Shown: positions 57,467-64,000 of the stretch, in pieces | Layout: every line of letters begins with the position of its first letter | How positions within the stretch are numbered: position 1 is the stretch's first letter | Assembly: GCA_001643675.2 (NCBI GenBank) | Contig: LSRY02000020.1 | Location: forward strand, 1,240,001 to 1,304,000 | Direction of reading: 5' to 3' | From: Monocercomonoides exilis PA203 | Taxonomy: Eukaryota; Protista; Preaxostyla | DNA: 64,000 nucleotides | Position numbers and translations under genes: made by a program | The notes under the pieces: generated by a model | Database searches by the model: none | Told to the model about the DNA's origin: nothing | Seen by the model: the letters and a program-made list of their open reading frames with translations, nothing else

Positions 57467-60400
57467 ATGAGAGGAAACTCAATGGCTTTATTTTTGTTGG
57501 CCACAGCGTTTTGCATGCACGCTATGCTCAGTGTGAATGAATTTTCTGTCAGCGATGGGCAGGCTGTGAGCGTTCGAAATACAATATTCAGTGATTTCGC
57601 ATGTGCTGAAACGAGCATCTCCATCAGCAACACCTCCTTGTGCGTAAGCCATCTCAGTGTCATCCTTGCCAATGGTTGTCCACTCCTCACTGCTAAATAC
57701 CATTCAGCTGCCACCATCTTCTCTTCTGCTTGCCAAATTCATCCAGCAACAAAATCTCCACTTTTCCTCTCTGTTCATGCCTCCATCGCCCTCACAAACT
57801 TCTCCCTCGCAACATCTAAACCAGCCATCATCTCCTTCCCCCTCTTCTCCATCCCAAACAATCACCTCCAAGATGCCCACTCCCAAATCTCTGTCTCCTT
57901 CTCCATCTCCCACTCCTCTTTCTCCTCGTTCATCTCCCTCATCCAGCCTTTCCTATTTTCTCCTTCTTCTTTTTCTTCCCCTCCCCCTTCATTTTCTCCT
58001 TCCATTTCCCCTTCTCCTTCATCTTTCTCATCCTCATTCTCATCATCTTCTTTTTCTACCCCTTCCCCTTCCTCTTCTCTTTCCATTTCCTCTTCCCCTT
58101 CCCCTCTCCATATCCATCACCAATATCATCCCCACCTCCAAATCCACCTCGATCTCCATCTCTCAAACACCCTCTTCTCCAACATCTCCTCATCCCATTC
58201 CCATCCATCTCTTCCATCTCTTCCCTCACACTCACTTTATCCATTCACATCAACCACCTCTTCCTCTTCTTCCTCTTCCACCAACACCAACACCAATACA
58301 ATCCCCTCCTTCTCTCTTCACTCGTCCCTCTCCATCCACTCATCCATCTTCCTCCACGCCCACAATCCCATCGATGGCGCCATCCTCCCCAACTTCAACA
58401 GCCCATCCACTTCTCTCTCTGCCTTCAACGCATCCTTCGCACATCAAACACGTTCTTCAGCCAATGCTGCTGTGGTGCATATTGGAACGGAATCTCAAAG
58501 AAAGAAACTTGGAAGATTGGAATCATTCGATTTGAACAGCCATCGCTTTGAATGGTGCGAATGGGAAAATTCTAACAGTGGAGGTGAATGGGGAGGCGCG
58601 CTTCATGTTTATAGCACAAACGCAAATCTCACAGTCACTTCTTGTTCATTCAATAAATGTTCATCAAACAAAGGTCAAGGTGGAGCATTAATATGCTGGT
58701 ATTTGTTAAATGTCAACATCAAAAAATCCAATTTCACAAACTGCTCAGCTGCTCATGGAGGAGCTGCATATGTGTATGCTCCACAATCAAATTCTATTTG
58801 GACATTCTCAGAAAACAAAGTTGAATACTGTAAAATAACAGATTGGTGTGGAACTGGTTGGTATTTCTGGCAGGAAAACATGACATCAAATTGTAAATTC
58901 CTATTTACCAAATGCAAGTGCATTTCAAATTCTGGTGGCGATTCTGCTGGTTCGCTCACATTTCATTCTCCTCCAATCAACAAACCGAGTCAATTTTTAA
59001 TTAATGATTGCCAATTTTTAAATAACAAATTGGCAAGTTCATCAACTCGTGGAGGAGCTGGTATACATTGCACCAGTACATATTCCTGGATGAGTGGACA
59101 AAAATTTATCACTTTCTGTTTCTTTGATGGTAATACAGCTGCAAATGGAAGAGGAAATGATGTGTTCTTCAGTGGTAATTCCATCACTCAATCTCCATTT
59201 GAGAATTGTGGCTCAACAACTCCAACAAAAAGAGTGTGGAATAATGGACAAGCTGATAACGCTGTGTACAACAGTTGGCTTCCTCTTATCCCTTCGAGCA
59301 AAATAGTTGCAAACAATGGAACAGATATGGAAATCTGTGGCAGACCCCAACAGACTCCATGTGCTACCATCGAATATGCACTCAATGGCTTCACTATCCT
59401 CCAAGACGCCTCCCTCACGCTCCTCACCTCAATATTTGTTCCTCTTCAAACACTCACCTTCAGCGCAGCTGATACAAAAGTCACTGGAAATGGCACAACT
59501 GCCACCACCATCGCCTCCAGTGGCATTCCCCAACAACCAAACTCACATTCACAGTCATCACAATCAACATCATCATTTTCATCGTTTTCATCATCATTAT
59601 CATCATCATTATTTTCTTCGCCAGATCCATCTGCCTCTTCTGCCCTCTTCCAGCAAACTCAGGGCTCCCTCACAGTCTCTGCCCTCACCGTCGTCCACAA
59701 CTCCACAAATCAAATCACCCCCATCCTCTTCCACCTCTCCGATAACTCCCCTTCCCTCAACCTCAACACAACCACCATCACCGGAACAACCTCCATAACA
59801 ATAAAAACACCCCTCTTCTTCCTCACTGCTGGCTCCCTCGCCCTCAACCACACAGCAATCACCCAACTCACCCTCAACAGCCAAAGCATCTTCCACCTCA
59901 CATCCCTCACAAATCCCCTCACCCTCAACTCCTCCAACATCACTCACATCACCTCCACATCCACCCCCACCAGCTGTGTTCTCTCCTCTGCCACCTCCCC
60001 TGCCCTCTCCATCTCCCTCGCCAACTGCACCATCACCAGTATCAACTCAGAACAGTTGAGCCAACAGACTGCCACAGATGGCGGATGCATCTCATTCGCT
60101 TCGTCTGCCTCTGCCAATACGTTTTCGGTGAGTGACACCATCTTCTCCACCTGCTCTGTGAGCGAAGATACAAGTTCTGGTGGAAGAGGCGGTGCTCTCA
60201 TGATCGAGTTCAATGAAGGCTCACAAGTGTCATCCACAACCTTTTCCATCACAAATATCGTGTTTTCAGCCAACAAGGCGAGTGTTGGAAGAGATATGTA
60301 TTTTGTGTGTGAATCATTTGTCACTTCTGTAAAGGAACCATTGTTTGCCTTCATGAGAAGCATCATTCAGAAAGACAACTCGGTTGTTGGACATGACAGA

Positions 60401-63400
60401 ACAGAAGCATTCGGCGATTGGGATGTCGACTTGTTCATATTCTTCGATGGATTCTTTGATAACACAATATATGTGGATGGAACATCCGGAGTGGAAGAGG
60501 TGTATTGCGGTCTGGAAAAAGCACCTTGTAAGAATGTGAACTACGGAATGGGGCATTTGAAGAAAACACTGAATGTTAAAGAAGAGATTATTGTAATTTC
60601 AAATACATTAATGACTGGATGTGTGGATGTGGGTGGGATGTGCGTGAAAGCAAAAACTGAGGCAATTGTGGAAATTGAATGTAAAAGGGAAGTGAGAGGC
60701 TCTGAAGAATGTGTGTTGAAATCATCATCGTTGACAGAATTAGAGTTCATTGGGATTGCTGTTCCATCGAGTTTTAGCAGAGCAATCTCAACAGTGATCG
60801 AATCAAGGACCCAAAATGGGGAGCTGTTCATGAAAAACTGTGAGATGAGTGTGGTTGAAGGGAAGCAAAACACAATTACATTTTTCTTGATCAGATCTAC
60901 AGGGAAGATTGTTGAACTAAAATCTGTCACGATTTCAGATGTGAAATCAACGGTTTCGTTGTTTTCAATTTCACTATCCTCAGCAAATTTGAATGAACAG
61001 GAATACAAAGTGAAGTTGTTGGATTGCACACTGGAAGGATTGGAAATTGATGAAGTTACAGAGGCAGCAGTATTTGGAGGGAATGTGGGAGTTGGAATGG
61101 TGTTAAATGATACCAAGATAGAAGGTGCAATTTCAAAGAAGAGCAAAGACGGAGGAGCGCTGAAAATAGCATTGAGCGAAGGAGGATATATGACAATTCA
61201 AGAGAGTTCATTTACTGGATGCGTTTGTGAGAATATGAGTGAGGGAGGAAAAGGAGGAGGGATGTATCTGGATTGCAGTTTGAACGAAGGAGGATTTCAT
61301 CTCTCATCGATATCGTTTTCAGGATGCAGAGCAACAGTTGGGAAGAACATGTTTGTGAAGAGCAGCAATCTGGTGAACAGTGTGAAAATAGAGCGTTTTG
61401 CAATTATTAACACAGATTACGAGGATGATGGGAATGCATTTGTTGGGGAAGATGGGGAACATGGGGAATTGGATCTTCGAGTGTTTCTTGTTTCTTTGAA
61501 GTGGGTGGAGACGTATGTGTCGACTGGTGGACATGACACGTTGGGATGTGGAAGTGAAATATTCCCATGCCAATCAATGAAAAGTGGAATTGACCACATT
61601 GACAGAAGTGGAGCAGTTGGAGAAAGGAAAGTGAAAGTGAAAGACGAAGGGACAATTGAAGATATTTATTGCTTCACAGATGCACTTATGATTGATGGGT
61701 GTGTGAATGAGGGAGATGCCATTAAACACAAGGCTGTTCATTTTAATGAGAGAATCAATGGGGATTCTGCATCATCGTCTTCATCTGTTATTTCATCAAT
61801 TCAGCCACTCAGCTTGTTATCTTTGAAGTTACAGATTCCATGTCAATTTGTGCCAAGCATGAATTCTTTGATCTCTTCAAGTTATATTATTCAACTCGAA
61901 AACTGTTTATTTGACATCCAATCAGCAACAAATACTGTTCAATACTCATTGATAACCACAACCACTGGACGTTGCACATTGAATGGATGCAGTTTAAAAG
62001 GGTCTTCATTTGTCAAATCACCATTAGTGATGGCTTCTTCTGTTGTATTTGAGAGCAACAACTTTTCAAACATTGTGAACAAGGGCAGCGGTGAAGAAGG
62101 AGGCGTTGCAAAAGTGACATTGCAAGGGAATGAAGAATTGGTGATGAAATCAACAAATGTGTCATCATGTTCGTTTTCATCAGGCAATGGAAAAGGAGGA
62201 TTCTTGTATTTGGATTGTCAAAATTGTTTGAATGAAAACCCATTTGTTTTTGATGTTGGAGTAACATTTGAGAACAACAATGCAACCATCGGAAAGAATA
62301 TGTTCATTTTGGGAAAGGATTTTAATCGTTCTGTTACAACTAATACATTCAGATTTGATTACCCATCAATGATTGATGATAAAACTCTGTTTGTGGGAAG
62401 TGATGACTATCATCAAGAAAAGGATTTGTTCATGTTTCTGATTCCATTCAGCTCGTTTGAGATATTTATCTCATCTTGTGGATTTGATGTTGCAAGATGT
62501 GGAAGTGAAGAAGATCCATGCTTCACAATGTGGAAAGGGATGGAAAACATGAAAAGAGAGATTGGAAATAAAACAATTCAGATTGAAGGATCAACAATTA
62601 TTCAAGATTCATTCAGCATGTCCAATTGTCAGATCAAAAAGGCTTCCTCAATGGGAGAAGAGAATGAAAAAGCAATATTGAATTTTGAAAAGGCAATTGG
62701 AAGTCAACTGGAATATTTCATGGAAAATGATATTCATCTTGAATTGACAAATATCCAGCTCCAACTAACATCTGGATTTGACAATTCAGCAGAATCAATT
62801 ATTTCAAACAGAGGAGGAGAATTGTCCATAACTGGATGCTCATTCCATTCAGAGGCAGAAGTGAACAGTGGATTTGATTGTGTGTTTGTGGATGTGATTG
62901 GAGGAAGTGTGGAAGTGAATGATTTGTCAATGGAATCATGCAATATTGGAAATAGTGTATTTACCATTCACGATGCTGGAGTTGTTTGTCATTTTGTGAA
63001 TGTTCGAGTGAAATTGTTGAATGAAAGCGGAGGATGCATTTTGTCAATCAAGAAATCTGAAACAGGATTGGAGATAAATGAAGAATGTGTGAATATTGAG
63101 ATTAACAAATCGTCATTTTCAGGAGTGAAGAGAAGTGACAATGGAGCGAGCATTTTGGAGTCTGCAAGTGAGAAAAAGATATGTTTGGTTGTGAATACGA
63201 GCAACATCACAGAAGACAAAGCAGAAGCAAGTGAAAAAGGAGGGACAATATTCTTCACATTGGGTGCATCAGGATCGATGAAGATGGTTGACTCAACAAT
63301 CAGCCATTGTAGCTGCAGCATCAGTTCAGGAAAAGGAGGAGGAGTGTATCTGGCAACAAAGGAAAGAGGGAATCTTGATTTTGCATTTGTGAGGGTGAAG

Positions 63401-64000
63401 TTCAGTGCAAACACAGCAAAAGTGGGGAACGATATTTTCATTGAATGTTACAGGATCAAATCGCAGATCAATGAAAGGCAATTTGAGCTTGATCTTCGAG
63501 AAGATCATTACACTCGAATAAATGGGATATGTGGGAGAGATGAGTGTGATTACCCGAGCGATACAGATCTGATTGAGTTTATCACGATTCATCAAAGTGA
63601 TACGATTGTTGTGAGCAGTGTGAATGGATCGAATGAGAGACAATGCGGAACAAATGCTCTTCCATGTGATTCAATCGATTATGGGCTGGTGCATCTGACA
63701 TCAGAGCTGATAAGTCAAATTCTCATTGTTGAAGAGAGTGTGATTGGGGAAGAGATAAATCTGGAGGAGATGAGTTTGAGTTCAAAGAGCAGGGAGATGT
63801 GCAAAGTTGAAGTGAAATCAGGGACTGAAAGAACAAGAGAGGCATTGTTGATAACAACCGGAACAGTCTCATTATTGAGAGTGAATTTCGTGTTTGATTT
63901 GAATCTCATCTCTTCACACGAATCACTGATGTCACCAGAAGGAGGGATTCTCGAAATAATAAATTGCTCAATTTGCTCAAAGCAACTGATGGAAGAAGGA
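57467..64000 (+). CDS. Large secreted/surface Pmp-like (pectin-lyase-fold right-handed beta-helix) protein, >2178 aa, runs off window
   Basis: ATG at 57467 with hydrophobic signal peptide MRGNSMALFLLATAFCMHAMLS. The start frame matches the frame at 64000 and the ORF track shows no stop-terminated ORF in it. Repeated GGA(L/I)/GGG.Y, F..N.A..G and CG....PC modules. Confidence 0.85.
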   Translation, partial: MRGNSMALFLLATAFCMHAMLSVNEFSVSDGQAVSVRNTIFSDFACAETSISISNTSLCVSHLSVILANGCPLLTAKYHSAATIFSSACQIHPATKSPLFLSVHASIALTNFSLATSKPAIISFPLFSIPNNHLQDAHSQISVSFSISHSSFSSFISLIQPFLFSPSSFSSPPPSFSPSISPSPSSFSSSFSSSSFSTPSPSSSLSISSSPSPLHIHHQYHPHLQIHLDLHLSNTLFSNISSSHSHPSLPSLPSHSLYPFTSTTSSSSSSSTNTNTNTIPSFSLHSSLSIHSSIFLHAHNPIDGAILPNFNSPSTSLSAFNASFAHQTRSSANAAVVHIGTESQRKKLGRLESFDLNSHRFEWCEWENSNSGGEWGGALHVYSTNANLTVTSCSFNKCSSNKGQGGALICWYLLNVNIKKSNFTNCSAAHGGAAYVYAPQSNSIWTFSENKVEYCKITDWCGTGWYFWQENMTSNCKFLFTKCKCISNSGGDSAGSLTFHSPPINKPSQFLINDCQFLNNKLASSSTRGGAGIHCTSTYSWMSGQKFITFCFFDGNTAANGRGNDVFFSGNSITQSPFENCGSTTPTKRVWNNGQADNAVYNSWLPLIPSSKIVANNGTDMEICGRPQQTPCATIEYALNGFTILQDASLTLLTSIFVPLQTLTFSAADTKVTGNGTTATTIASSGIPQQPNSHSQSSQSTSSFSSFSSSLSSSLFSSPDPSASSALFQQTQGSLTVSALTVVHNSTNQITPILFHLSDNSPSLNLNTTTITGTTSITIKTPLFFLTAGSLALNHTAITQLTLNSQSIFHLTSLTNPLTLNSSNITHITSTSTPTSCVLSSATSPALSISLANCTITSINSEQLSQQTATDGGCISFASSASANTFSVSDTIFSTCSVSEDTSSGGRGGALMIEFNEGSQVSSTTFSITNIVFSANKASVGRDMYFVCESFVTSVKEPLFAFMRSIIQKDNSVVGHDRTEAFGDWDVDLFIFFDGFFDNTIYVDGTSGVEEVYCGLEKAPCKNVNYGMGHLKKTLNVKEEIIVISNTLMTGCVDVGGMCVKAKTEAIVEIECKREVRGSEECVLKSSSLTELEFIGIAVPSSFSRAISTVIESRTQNGELFMKNCEMSVVEGKQNTITFFLIRSTGKIVELKSVTISDVKSTVSLFSISLSSANLNEQEYKVKLLDCTLEGLEIDEVTEAAVFGGNVGVGMVLNDTKIEGAISKKSKDGGALKIALSEGGYMTIQESSFTGCVCENMSEGGKGGGMYLDCSLNEGGFHLSSISFSGCRATVGKNMFVKSSNLVNSVKIERFAIINTDYEDDGNAFVGEDGEHGELDLRVFLVSLKWVETYVSTGGHDTLGCGSEIFPCQSMKSGIDHIDRSGAVGERKVKVKDEGTIEDIYCFTDALMIDGCVNEGDAIKHKAVHFNERINGDSASSSSSVISSIQPLSLLSLKLQIPCQFVPSMNSLISSSYIIQLENCLFDIQSATNTVQYSLITTTTGRCTLNGCSLKGSSFVKSPLVMASSVVFESNNFSNIVNKGSGEEGGVAKVTLQGNEELVMKSTNVSSCSFSSGNGKGGFLYLDCQNCLNENPFVFDVGVTFENNNATIGKNMFILGKDFNRSVTTNTFRFDYPSMIDDKTLFVGSDDYHQEKDLFMFLIPFSSFEIFISSCGFDVARCGSEEDPCFTMWKGMENMKREIGNKTIQIEGSTIIQDSFSMSNCQIKKASSMGEENEKAILNFEKAIGSQLEYFMENDIHLELTNIQLQLTSGFDNSAESIISNRGGELSITGCSFHSEAEVNSGFDCVFVDVIGGSVEVNDLSMESCNIGNSVFTIHDAGVVCHFVNVRVKLLNESGGCILSIKKSETGLEINEECVNIEINKSSFSGVKRSDNGASILESASEKKICLVVNTSNITEDKAEASEKGGTIFFTLGASGSMKMVDSTISHCSCSISSGKGGGVYLATKERGNLDFAFVRVKFSANTAKVGNDIFIECYRIKSQINERQFELDLREDHYTRINGICGRDECDYPSDTDLIEFITIHQSDTIVVSSVNGSNERQCGTNALPCDSIDYGLVHLTSELISQILIVEESVIGEEINLEEMSLSSKSREMCKVEVKSGTERTREALLITTGTVSLLRVNFVFDLNLISSHESLMSPEGGILEIINCSICSKQLMEEG

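Noticed and set aside
57657-58535. 292-aa Pro/Ser-rich ORF as a separate gene
   Set aside because: It is an alternative frame inside the large ORF starting at 57467.

Overview
Eukaryotic, AT-rich, intron-containing genomic DNA using the standard code, with short GT-AG introns and Ser/Glu microsatellite-rich coding regions. The gene families resemble those of the oxymonad Monocercomonoides, which is an inference from recalled family motifs and not a database result. Housekeeping genes: a divergent importin-alpha/ARM protein, an Fcf2-domain rRNA processing factor, a NEK kinase, ARPC4, a DUF1295 membrane protein, a giant PUF (Pumilio) protein, a DEK homologue carrying two HMG boxes, and RPLP1. 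Lineage-expanded hypothetical proteins and a >2170-aa signal-peptide Pmp/pectin-lyase-like beta-helix protein (missed by the ORF track because it runs off the window) are also present. Two accessory blocks are the most interesting. (1) 11249-24336 is a nested structure: near-perfect 333-bp inverted repeats enclose a 12-kb pogo/Tigger element (27-bp TIRs, TA on both sides). That element carries a decayed transposase, two MITEs, a minisatellite and several host-gene fragments. (2) 42230-54134 is a cluster of MITEs and two near-perfect foldback palindromes bracketing an intronless 30-aa 'PPEWMRHD' repeat gene and a mosaic of decayed gene fragments (kinase-like tail, CFAP65-like). Splicing oddities are a stop codon split by an intron in RPLP1, a GC-AG intron in the DEK-HMG gene and a stopless 3n intron in DUF1295. 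No rRNA, tRNA or CRISPR array was seen.
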